A stretch of DNA of 64,000 nucleotides from an uncultured virus (IMG/VR IMGVR_UViG_3300034091_000306). Taxonomy: Duplodnaviria; Heunggongvirae; Uroviricota; Caudoviricetes. Positions 40,227 to 49,350 of this stretch are shown here, one piece after another. The stretch lies in IMG/VR virus record IMGVR_UViG_3300034091_000306; one strand, 5' to 3'. A model generated the notes under the pieces. The model made no database searches and was not told the origin of the DNA. It saw only the letters and a list, made by a program, of their open reading frames with translations. Positions within the stretch are counted from its first letter, which is position 1. Each line of letters begins with the position of its first letter. The translations under genes were made by a program, and so were the position numbers.

Positions 40227-40228
40227 TC

Positions 40229-40918
40229 ATGAGCGGCTTTTTGCAGCTGAATCCGCGCCCCAAGATCAAGGTCCCTGCGCAGCCGGGCGACGTCGTCCTC
40301 CTTACACCCGGCGCTCTATCAGATCCTAATGGACGCATTCACTGGTGGAAGTTCGTGATGGACTTCGGAAGACCGGACGGAACGCGCGGTACGTCGAATT
40401 GGCTCGTCGCTAGTCACAAATATGCGGCGCGACACAACTTCGATCCTGAAACATTTCAGATAATCGGTGACGTTACCTGGGAGGCAGAATTTACGTCTCC
40501 TGATGGCGGCATCAATGCAGATGTGTTTCTTGGCTTTATGCAAGGAGAGCGTGAGCGTCCGAACCCCGTCGGCCCCGTGGCCGCGGTCAACACCTACGCC
40601 GCGCTCCGCAACCGCGCCAAGACGTACGGCCTGACCGATCGTGACCTCGAGCTCCTCGGCGACATCGCGCGGCCGTTCGGGCAGCGGAGGATGCCGTTTC
40701 CGGGCGCTAGCAGCGCGTATGATCGGCGGTACGCAAAATTACTCCAGGCGGGCTTGACGCATCTCAAGTCGCCGGCTCCTGGTGTGGTCATCGATCACTT
40801 TCTCCTCACCGATGATGGGAAACGGCTCTTGACCGGTGAAGGACACGGTCGACGGAGACTGAGGTCGCCGTATGTTCGTCCGCGGAAGCTCGGATCTTCA
40901 GCGTTGACCAATCGATGA
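40229..40918 (+). CDS. two-module protein with FLQLNP leader and internal NP
   Basis: MSGFLQLNPR ... ERPNPV. Confidence 0.6.
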   Translation: MSGFLQLNPRPKIKVPAQPGDVVLLTPGALSDPNGRIHWWKFVMDFGRPDGTRGTSNWLVASHKYAARHNFDPETFQIIGDVTWEAEFTSPDGGINADVFLGFMQGERERPNPVGPVAAVNTYAALRNRAKTYGLTDRDLELLGDIARPFGQRRMPFPGASSAYDRRYAKLLQAGLTHLKSPAPGVVIDHFLLTDDGKRLLTGEGHGRRRLRSPYVRPRKLGSSALTNR

Positions 40919-41109
40919 GCAACTTTCTCCGCTTTCAGAACCCGGCAATCTCACACACGGAGCACAGCCGCAGGGCGATGCAAAAGCTGCGTGCTCGTCG
41001 TAGAGAGGCCGGACTCTGTCCCTATTGCGGAACTCCAGCGACGCATGGATCGGTCTGTCAGAAGCATCATGAGCTGCGGAAGAAGCGTTGGGACGAGCAA
41101 GGGTACTAA
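40915..41109 (+). CDS. small Zn-finger protein with FLRF-NP leader
   Basis: MSNFLRFQNPA...GLCPYCG...CQKH. Confidence 0.65.
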   Translation: MSNFLRFQNPAISHTEHSRRAMQKLRARRREAGLCPYCGTPATHGSVCQKHHELRKKRWDEQGY

Positions 41110-41717
41110 TGAAAGCTAGCGAAGCCCAGCAATTGTATCGTCGTAGTGAAGCGGCGTGGTTCGCCGCGCAAGACTTCACTGATCTACTGCAACTCAATAT
41201 TCAGTTTCTGTCTTGTAGAATTGTGGTTCATCCACAGGTTCATCCATCGATAGAAGACATAGCGCGTAGCAAATACCCCGGTCAATGCGAGGAAACTTCG
41301 GCGATACGATCGCGGCTGATCGAAATCAACCGGTTCGGGTTCTTCACGGAACAGTCCCAGCCTGGTTTGGTGCAAACCGGTCCTTGGGGCATCATTTGTC
41401 AGCGAGCCTTCGTTGACGGCTTCGTTACAAAACAGACTGCGTATGCGCTAGCCGAAATACGCGATGTCGGATGTGATGTGATCGTTGGATCGAAAAATAA
41501 GCGTGTTGCCGTCACAACGCAGGCTTCTCCAGGGAAAAAGCCTAAACCGTTCACGTGGGTTGGCTACGGGACGTCGGCGTCGGACTACCGTAATCGTATT
41601 GGCGCTTCAGCCTTAGCTGATGATCTACGTACGCATGTATTCGTGGCTGTGTACGATCGCGTATGGAACAGAAACAATGTTCTATGGAACGCGGTACTTG
41701 CCGTGTTGAAACGATGA
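41109..41717 (+). CDS. DUF6919-like protein
   Basis: EET..I..RLIEINRFGFFTEQSQPG...QRAFVDGF. Confidence 0.55.
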   Translation: MKASEAQQLYRRSEAAWFAAQDFTDLLQLNIQFLSCRIVVHPQVHPSIEDIARSKYPGQCEETSAIRSRLIEINRFGFFTEQSQPGLVQTGPWGIICQRAFVDGFVTKQTAYALAEIRDVGCDVIVGSKNKRVAVTTQASPGKKPKPFTWVGYGTSASDYRNRIGASALADDLRTHVFVAVYDRVWNRNNVLWNAVLAVLKR

Positions 41718-42280
41718 CCTGGGAACGCTACTTCGATCGCTCCGCAGAGTTCGTCTACAAGGGCGCCCTCCCGGAGATGCCGGACATTGTCGATCGCATG
41801 TTACGCGCTCATGCAGAACCGCCTCTGGCCTACATGGGAACAGGCATGACGTCGGTGGTGATTTGCGACCGTCGAGGAAATGCCTTCAAGACGGCGCGAC
41901 GTCTGGACGCAATCAGTGCGGTCTTCCTGAACGACGAGGCGGAGTGGCTCCAGACGGCATCCAAGGTCATCGGCGTCAAGGAGCACGTCGCCAAATTCAA
42001 GGACTTCTATCCGAACCTACTCGTCATCAAGCGTGAGTGTCCTGTGCAGGCGGAAGACTGGTGGCGCCATCGCGGCGAGGAGTGGGCGCTTCACCGTGCC
42101 ATCGAAGCGAAGATGATCCCACACGGCTGGACGGCGCCGGAGTTCAAAGAGGACTCCTACGTCATCACAAGTAGCGGTCCTCATTCGTGGTGGAAGATTG
42201 GTGGAGCGCGGTTCGGCTTGGTTCGTCGCGCGGGCAAGGATCGGGGCTCACCGGACGTGTGTGGACTGTCGCAGCGATGA
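41714..42280 (+). pseudogene. protein-kinase-like fold, C-terminally truncated
   Basis: YMGTGMTSVV (Gly loop), AFK, DEAEWL, VIKRE, FKEDSY...GP; the frame then runs into the pentamer array with no DFG-like Asp. Confidence 0.45.
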
Positions 42281-42682
42281 GTGTCGGTGCGGCGTGTTTC
42301 GTCGCAGCGGCCTGGTATCGCGTGGCGCGGGAAGTCGCCTTGACTTGACTCGGCTAATGTCGTGAGGACTCGGCTTGTATGAGATCTGGCATGTCGAATT
42401 GAAAGGAATGGATGGGCGCGGCATGTCGTATCGGCTAGATGCGGAATCTCGTCGCGTTGGCTGGATTAGTGCGGAATTGACACGTCGAATAGGCGGGGAC
42501 GGGAATGTCGCGGCGTGAAATGTCGCACGGACACGGGCGCGATTGGTGTGGCGTGAAATGTCACATGGGCCGATTGGGAGCGGCGCGGCAAGTCGCATCG
42601 ACTAGGTATGACATGGCATATCGCTTCGGTTCGATAAGGTTCGGTTTGTCATATTGGCGCGCGGCGGCCTAGCGTAGTAAGC
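42197..42682. repeat. array of GG-NNN pentamers grouped into ~16 units by GTCG delimiters; candidate guide-RNA locus
   Basis: GTCG/GTCA/ATCG at 42225, 42268, 42301, 42334, 42359, 42393, 42425, 42451, 42484, 42507, 42522, 42560, 42592, 42620, 42648; example unit GTCG CAGC GGCCT GGTAT CGCGT GGCGC GGGAA GTCG. Confidence 0.85.
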
Positions 42683-42702
42683 CAAATAGGCTAGCGAATA
42701 GG

Positions 42703-43365
42703 CTAGCGAATCTTCGCAAATTCGATGACGTCGAACTTGCCGTGTCCTTGGGAGCGATCGGCGCCGAGACCGTTCTCTTGACCGAGAACGAGCATCATAC
42801 GGACCTCCTTCTCGCCGACGTGTCGCTTCTCCTTCGGATCGGTCCGGAGGACCCAGATCGCAAAATTGATCGTCACCTTCTCAACGTAATCCACCCTTTT
42901 TATTGCTGTGCGCGGCCCTTGCGCAGTCGTCACGTGGATCGGTCCTTCGTGCATGCCGTCCGGCTTCATCTTTCCGAGGAAGATGCGATCGTCGGCGTCC
43001 GGGCCCTTGATCTCGAAGCCGTGTTGTAGGATCTGCTTGCTGCCTACCTTCTCGATGAAGATGCGGCGGAGCGATGCGCACTCCTTGAAAAGAGCCTTCA
43101 CCTGCCGCGACCAGATGAAGAGACCTTTTTTCTCATCGGCCGGGAAGCCGTTCCAGCTCTTCTCCTCTGTCGGCTCGAGAAGCGCCTCCCGCGCCTCTTT
43201 CTCTTGTGCTGTTGTCGTTTCGTCATTGTGCCCCGTCGTGGCCGCAATCCATCCCTTGAGGAGATCAGGATTTTTCGGCTGTCCGCCGCGAATCTGATCG
43301 CGCAGGCGAATCGTCACGTTGTACACGTCGTACAGCTCGGTCGTCTCGAATCCTTTGAGTGTCAT
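42703..43365 (-). CDS. stand-alone Cas7-like RAMP superfamily protein
   Basis: N-terminal strand YNVTIRL..I.GG.P; FI.SRQVKALFKECA helix; C-terminal Gly-rich loop GLGADRSQGHGKFDV typical of RAMPs; 220 aa. Confidence 0.8.
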   Translation of the reverse strand: MTLKGFETTELYDVYNVTIRLRDQIRGGQPKNPDLLKGWIAATTGHNDETTTAQEKEAREALLEPTEEKSWNGFPADEKKGLFIWSRQVKALFKECASLRRIFIEKVGSKQILQHGFEIKGPDADDRIFLGKMKPDGMHEGPIHVTTAQGPRTAIKRVDYVEKVTINFAIWVLRTDPKEKRHVGEKEVRMMLVLGQENGLGADRSQGHGKFDVIEFAKIR

Positions 43366-43833
43366 CTGCTCTCCGTCTTGTCATTACTGTCGTTCTTCAC
43401 TGGATGCCGCCGCCCACAGCGGCAACGCCACTCGATGATCTCACCGGCATCATCGGTGATCGGTGTCTCGGGCTTGTGATCGCACCCGAAGATGTCTTCG
43501 CACATCAAATCTCTACGTCTAGTCATCCGCTCCACCACCCTATCCCGCAAGTTGTCCGTCTCAGCTTCGAACGATTCGATCGTAATCGTCTCGTTCGGAT
43601 GCTCCCGACACCACGAACGATGCGTATAACCAATGCGATCGGCTATCGCGCACGATCCGCACACGCCGCAGAGACCCCCGTGCTCAGGACATTCCCATCC
43701 AACCAAGAACCGTTGCACGCCTACACCGATATCCACCTCCTCGTAACACGGCTCCGCGTCTTTGCCGCACGAACACGTCACCGGAGGATCGGCCGCCGCG
43801 CGAACCCCATCTGTGGGTGCCCCGTCGGTCATC
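43362..43833 (-). CDS. Cys-rich Zn-binding protein upstream of the RAMP gene
   Basis: CSC, CPEH, CGVCGSC, CREH, CRC; ATGA overlap with the RAMP start; begins with motif-encoded MTDGAPTDG; start uncertain. Confidence 0.55.
43805..43830 (-). repeat. dispersed motif, copy 10
   Basis: reverse complement GACCGACGGGGCACCCACAGATGGGG. Confidence 0.93.
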
Positions 43834-44011
43834 GAATCATCACCAATGCTCATGTCCTGCGAAGCCTTCAACAAGATGTGTTTTCGTGTTTGTACGTATG
43901 CAAACTACCTCACGCATACCGGCATCTATTTTATCGATCAGACGAATGCCGTTCATGACAAGCGCTCCAGCACGATTGGGATCAAATTTAGACAATAATC
44001 GAATTGGACGG

Positions 44012-44156
44012 AGACTTTAGCCTGTCGCCAACAGCGCCAACGACGCGATCGGCCGCGTCCAGCCGGTGCATTTTCGTCGAAACCAACCAGTACGTGTCCT
44101 TTCCGTACGGATTCGATCGGCACCCAACGCAGGTCGGCGGTCAAAACACGTGTCAA
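44012..44156 (-). pseudogene. orphan intein N-terminal fragment
   Basis: TRVLTADLRWVPIESVRKGHVLVGFDE...RRWR..RQAKV matches the start of a Hint domain but lacks the first Cys and the C-terminal half. Confidence 0.6.
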
Positions 44157-45903
44157 CGTTTTTTCCCCATCGGTCGCGGACGACGATCCTCTTTCGTCAC
44201 CTTCCCGATCTTCACGGAGGGCGGCTCCGCGATTGGTTTGGCGACTGCGGGCCGCGAGGAAGGACGAACGGAAACACGAAACTCGTGCGTCTCCGTCTCG
44301 TGCTTGAGGATCTTCGCGACCTTCTCTTTCAAGCCAAGGAACGCGCGCCAAGCATCAGAACCCCTAACGAGGCCGAGTTTTCGTGCACGCGCTCTGATCT
44401 TCATGAACCGTCGTCGACGCCATCTGGGCATTTTCAATCCTCTCCTTCTGCGAGCTTCAAACGTGATTTGAGCCAGGCCATGTGAAACGCGCACGGCTTC
44501 AATGCCATGACCGTAGTTCCTTCGCACGAACACTTGTTCGAGAAATTGAGCGCGCCTTTCAATTTCCCCTCAAGTATCTTGTTGGTTGCCACGAGCTTCT
44601 TTGATCGCATCGGTGAGACTCTTCTCATCACCATCGAGCACGCTGCGGAGTGCGTCCCATGCAGCGGCGACTTTTTGATTGTCAGTCATTCATCGACGAC
44701 TTACCTTTCGACGTAGAGCCGCTCTACGGATCATCCTTCGGGTTCTGATCCCCACGCGCATAGCGCTCGGCGACACGCTTACACTTCTGCAGTATGTCGA
44801 TCATCTCGTCGATGTCACTCATAGAGGTCGCGATCATGATCGCTTCGTCGGATACGTTGGCAGAGACCTCGATCGTTCCTCGAGCGCTGATCGTCAACCC
44901 GACTACCATTTCGCCGTCGTCAGTCTCCCACGCGGTTTGGAAGGGTTTCATCAATGCTGCGGTGTACGCGATTGGATTTGTTGCTGTAGCGCTTCTAGTT
45001 GTGTGCGATAGGCGTATGCCTCTTGCGAAGCAATCAGCAACTGATCGCATCCCCGACGAAGTAGTGCGGCGAGGCGAGAATCGCCGGCATCGCTCGCTTT
45101 GATGGCTCTGTTCCAAAGCTGTTTGTAGACGGTATAGCGAGGATGCTCTGTTCCGTCATTTACTTCGATGAGAGGACTCATACGACGGCTCATTTGCGTT
45201 TCTTCTTTCGCTTACTCGCGGCCCGCCTCTGGTGTCGCTGCGCGAATCTGTTCGACATTCCAGTATTTGACTTCACAGTATGTTCGCTTCATCGCTTCGA
45301 ATGCGACGCACTGAACATCCCAAACAGCCTTCGTTCGTACGACTTCGGCGAGAGCCGCGACGACCTTTTCATTCATGCATCACCTTGTCGATCATCGTCT
45401 CGATCTTCGTCGCGACATGGTTGCGAACGAAGCCGCCACTCATGACTTCCTGGAGAGTGTCGTAACTCGTTCGGAGGATCACGGTCGCCTTATACTGATT
45501 CGTGCTACAGACATAACGCCGAAGCCGGGTGACGTGCCTCGGCGAGACCTGTCTCTTGTTGACGTTCATCGCGAACGCACCGGCATCTTCGCCAGCTCCT
45601 CAGCTGCGACGACGAGCAGCGCAGCGAAACCGCGTGCCTCACCTACCGTGAGTAGAGGTCGAGGCCCCTCGCCCCCTCGAAGGAGGACACCGCGCTCGCC
45701 ATTCGTGTCACTGCGCACGAAGCGTTCTACGTTCGTCTCAAACGACTCTGGTGCGACGACGCTGACCGCGAAGCCGCCCGCCTTCCCGATGCTTCTCTCC
45801 ATGGACCGCTACCGCCTTCCCCGAGGAGCACCTTGCCCGAGGTCCCTAGGTGATGCAAGAAAAATCTTGATGCAAGGCGATGCACGGGCTAGGCTGCTGA
45901 TCC

Positions 45904-46086
45904 ATGAGCAAGTCCAAGACGCGCGACGTCTCAACTCTCGTCCAGACACACGTTCCAAAGCCGTTCGCCGTTGCTCTCCGCGAGAAGGCTTCGAAGGAAG
46001 GCATTTCCGTCGCTGCGTGGGTGCGTCGGTTGATCATGGTGAACATGCCGCAGGTTGACCGACGAGGCACCCACAGTGGGGGGTGA
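45904..46086 (+). CDS. ribbon-helix-helix (CopG/Arc-like) regulator
   Basis: LVQTHVPKPFAVALREKASKEGISVAAWVRRLI. Confidence 0.65.
   Translation: MSKSKTRDVSTLVQTHVPKPFAVALREKASKEGISVAAWVRRLIMVNMPQVDRRGTHSGG
46057..46083 (+). repeat. dispersed motif, copy 11 (in frame, last nine codons)
   Basis: GACCGACGAGGCACCCACAGTGGGGGG then TGA. Confidence 0.95.
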
Positions 46087-46239
46087 GGTCTGGTTCAAGA
46101 GAGTCCGGTCTCCGCTGATCAGGATGATCATTTGGGGCTGGATCTGCTGCTGGCTCCTCGCGAAGCATTGGTTTCTAGCGGGGCTCGCGATGACGGTTCG
46201 TGGGGCGAAGCAACTCGTGGAGAGGGTGAGGAGGCTTGG

Positions 46240-46959
46240 ATGAACGTGGGGAGCGAGTCTGCGGCGGGGAGTCCGGCAGACAAGGCGGTCGAAGCGATCA
46301 TCGAGATGATCGTCGTCACGCTTCATAGTGACAAGGCGGGTCGGTTCGCGGACGCAGAGCGGCTCTGTACTCTCGGGCAGACGTTGATGCGTCTGCGGGC
46401 GAGCAGCGTGGCAGAGGTCCGTGAGCTTGATCGTGGCGGCGAGATGCAGCAGCACGTAGGAGTGGGCGGCTACAACGCGGTCGGTCTGATGGGCGCGCCG
46501 GTCCAAATGGCGATGAATCATCCGGTACAACGAGTGAACAATGTCGTCGCGGCCTACGGTAACGGCTACAACGATCAAGCCGAGTTACAGCGGAACTTGA
46601 TGATGACGCTAGGGCCGCTGGCTGCGACGTACTCGGAACAACAACGCGCGGCCGCCGCAGCCTCTGAAGCTGCGGAATTGAAAACTCTAATGGCGCTCCG
46701 TGAAAAAACGAAGACCGCGCATCACGCGACGATCGATCTGCGGATCGAAAAATTGATAGATCAAATGGAGGCTCGTAATGGTGCAAAGTCCGGGACGTTG
46801 GTTGATTCCGTCATTCCACGGGGACATTCGCCTGGAGAGCTCGAAGCCGGGAGAAACGACGCTCCACGTCTACGAGCTGACGGCGGCAGAGGAGGCGGCG
46901 ATGAAGGGGGTGCGGGAGCGGGCCCTCCGATCGGGACTCCTGTCCAAGCCGTGGTGTAG
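46240..46959 (+). CDS. hypothetical helical protein
   Basis: GAGGAGG RBS; 3' end overlaps the next ORF by ~180 nt. Confidence 0.55.
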   Translation: MNVGSESAAGSPADKAVEAIIEMIVVTLHSDKAGRFADAERLCTLGQTLMRLRASSVAEVRELDRGGEMQQHVGVGGYNAVGLMGAPVQMAMNHPVQRVNNVVAAYGNGYNDQAELQRNLMMTLGPLAATYSEQQRAAAAASEAAELKTLMALREKTKTAHHATIDLRIEKLIDQMEARNGAKSGTLVDSVIPRGHSPGELEAGRNDAPRLRADGGRGGGDEGGAGAGPPIGTPVQAVV

Positions 46960-47680
46960 TGAGCAGGCCTTCCTTCCGCTCACCAACGCCGCCTACCGGA
47001 CGAAAGATGGTCTGACTGTCACGCTCGCGGCCTACATCGAAGACGTCGAGCGTCTTTTGTCGAAGGCGCTTCGTCCCGAGCGTCAGCTTGTTCGTGCGGT
47101 GAAGTTCTCGGACGGAAAGCTCGAGGAGTTCGTTCCCGAGCACCCCTACCGCGCCTCGACGACGCCGCTCACGTCGCCGAAGACGCCGCCACCCGCAACC
47201 GTAGAGTCCACGTCCACGGCTCTCGTGGAGCGCGTCAAGGAAGCCGTAGCTGTGACCGTCGCGCGCCCTGTCAACGGCTGTCCCATGCCCGACTTCCCCG
47301 AGGTCGACGTTCGCGCGAGCCGCGTCCTAGAGACGTTCTTGTCGTCGGAGCAGATTCGCGACTACCGGAGCGAAGGAGCCTTCATTACGGTCGGCGCTGA
47401 CACGGGGCGCCGGTACCTCGTGTGCAACCGCGAGAAGCCGGCCTTGATGCGCAAGCAGCTCATGGGGCGCCAGCTCTACGATCTCGATCGCCAGATCCCC
47501 ATCTGCGTGCATGACTGGGTCGTGCCACCCCCTGAGGAGATGTTGGCCCTGCATCTCTGCCTGACGCTGCCAGGGCGCGAGTCTGAGCTGCTCTCGCTAC
47601 CGGAGATCGATCCGCGACTCGCGTTCGAGGACAGAGATCCGTACGCCATCACGAATGCCGAAGGCCGGAGGCTCGGATGA
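46778..47680 (+). CDS. hypothetical protein
   Basis: 300 aa, GGAGG RBS, ASRVLETFLSSEQIRDY..EGAFITVG..TGRRY..., ICVH. Confidence 0.7.
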   Translation: MVQSPGRWLIPSFHGDIRLESSKPGETTLHVYELTAAEEAAMKGVRERALRSGLLSKPWCSEQAFLPLTNAAYRTKDGLTVTLAAYIEDVERLLSKALRPERQLVRAVKFSDGKLEEFVPEHPYRASTTPLTSPKTPPPATVESTSTALVERVKEAVAVTVARPVNGCPMPDFPEVDVRASRVLETFLSSEQIRDYRSEGAFITVGADTGRRYLVCNREKPALMRKQLMGRQLYDLDRQIPICVHDWVVPPPEEMLALHLCLTLPGRESELLSLPEIDPRLAFEDRDPYAITNAEGRRLG

Positions 47681-47702
47681 AAGAGCTTCGGGAGAAAGAA
47701 TC

Positions 47703-48386
47703 ATGACTGAACCGATCGATACGATCCGGGAGCGCATCCTCGAAGAACAGTACGGCTTCGAAGACCTCGATCCCGTTCTGAAGAAGGGGATCCTCGACAA
47801 GGTCCTCCGAGACGCCCGCGCGATGACGCTCGCCTTCGACGCACTCGTCAAAAAACTCAAATCGCATCCCCCGAACATTTACATGCCGGTGAAGGTTCCT
47901 GGCCCGCGTGAGTGGCACAAATGGGACCAATTCACGCCGCGCGAGCGCCTCGTCCTTCGTCAGTTGGATACTGAAAGCGAGATGTGCGAACTCTCCGCGG
48001 AGATCGCGACAAGCAGTAGTAAAGAGACGGCGCAGACCGAAGAGACGATCGAGTCGATCAAGCTTACCTCCGAGGACATGATGTGGCTCTGGGGAGCGGC
48101 GGGAGAGCTGCTCCTCGGTGGCGATGCGCCGGAGGTAAAGCTGGCGAAGACCATCCGTGAGAGCGACGATCGATTGGATTTGATTCAGCAGTTGCGCATC
48201 GATTTGCAGAATGCGGCGCATCGGCTCGATCAGCACATGCGAGATCTGACGATTGCGCTAGAAGCGCTGGACAAGGTCGCCGTCGAATCGACGAAGCTGG
48301 TTCTTCGACATTCGATAGCGCACATGAAGGAACTGCGCGCGCAGATCGACGTCGCGGCCGTTCGCACCACGAATTCGGCGCCATGA
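47703..48386 (+). CDS. hypothetical coiled-coil protein
   Basis: 227 aa, GGAGA RBS. Confidence 0.6.
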   Translation: MTEPIDTIRERILEEQYGFEDLDPVLKKGILDKVLRDARAMTLAFDALVKKLKSHPPNIYMPVKVPGPREWHKWDQFTPRERLVLRQLDTESEMCELSAEIATSSSKETAQTEETIESIKLTSEDMMWLWGAAGELLLGGDAPEVKLAKTIRESDDRLDLIQQLRIDLQNAAHRLDQHMRDLTIALEALDKVAVESTKLVLRHSIAHMKELRAQIDVAAVRTTNSAP

Positions 48387-48942
48387 ATCGCGTGGAGTTC
48401 GCCGCATATCAGCGGAAGCGTCGTGCGAGGCTTCACGCGATCGGGAAATGCGTGCAGTGTCAGCGTTCGACCGACCTGTATCGCTGCAAACGATGTCGCG
48501 ATCTGGAGAAAACGGCCAAGGTGCTTCGTGAGATCTGAGCTTGTCTGCTTCATCTGCCGTCTGCGCGTCCCCGCGCGTAATGGTTCACGTCAGCCTCACG
48601 CCACTCGGCGTGCATCGCGATGAGCATGCTCACGGTGAGGGTTCGAGGGCGGTTCATGGCGGCGAACCTTCGCTTGATTCGTCGTCCAGATCACGCGAGG
48701 AATCATCGGCGCGGAAATATCCGTCTGAGCGACGCCTCTCAGCAGTGTCGGCGATTTCAATCCGAAGATCTTCGCCGTGCTCGAGATGTGCAATCACGAA
48801 ATTTGCGGCGATCTTTCGACCTGCAGCATCCCGAGATCCGTAGCCAAACGAAGAGCCGGCGCCGCTTCGCTGACCGAGATGGTGGATGAGCTTGCAGGTA
48901 TCGCAGACGACGTTGAAATCGGTACTCATGTCATTGAGCCTT

Positions 48943-49350
48943 TCAATCTTGAAAGAAGATCTCGTGGATTTCACGCAGCGCCTCTCGCAATCTGCCCATC
49001 TCGATGCAGTCGCAGAGATCCAGCACCGATCGCGCAAACAGCGCTTCCTCCTTTGAGGGGAATACAGGCGGCACGCTCCCTACGTAGCTATTGAACCGCG
49101 ACTCGTACCGTCGCACGACGATGACGGCCTTCTCCTGCGCACTTCGAACGAAACGGCTATAGCCCTGGCGCCAGTCGGCGCAGGTCTGATGGAGGTGAAA
49201 CGAGAACGGCTCACGATCGTAGATCCCGCTCGCGTAGTGATATTGCTCGTTCGGTTGAATCAGATCGCCGCACTCGTCGCAGCGATGGCGCTTTCGAGCC
49301 TTACGAACAGTGCATGAATACACCTCGGCGGTGTCGCATTCGCAGCTCAT
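48943..49350 (-). CDS. phage-type Zn-ribbon protein
   Basis: RKARKRHRCDECGDLIQPNEQY...HQTC. Confidence 0.6.
   Translation of the reverse strand: MSCECDTAEVYSCTVRKARKRHRCDECGDLIQPNEQYHYASGIYDREPFSFHLHQTCADWRQGYSRFVRSAQEKAVIVVRRYESRFNSYVGSVPPVFPSKEEALFARSVLDLCDCIEMGRLREALREIHEIFFQD

Noticed and set aside
42248..42598. 116-aa minus-strand ORF over the array
   Set aside because: Low-complexity R/P/S/D translation of the pentamer pattern, no RBS; likely spurious
42197..42682. Canonical CRISPR array next to the Cas7-like gene
   Set aside because: No identical 23-47 bp repeats separated by unique spacers; only 4-nt delimiters and a 5-nt periodicity
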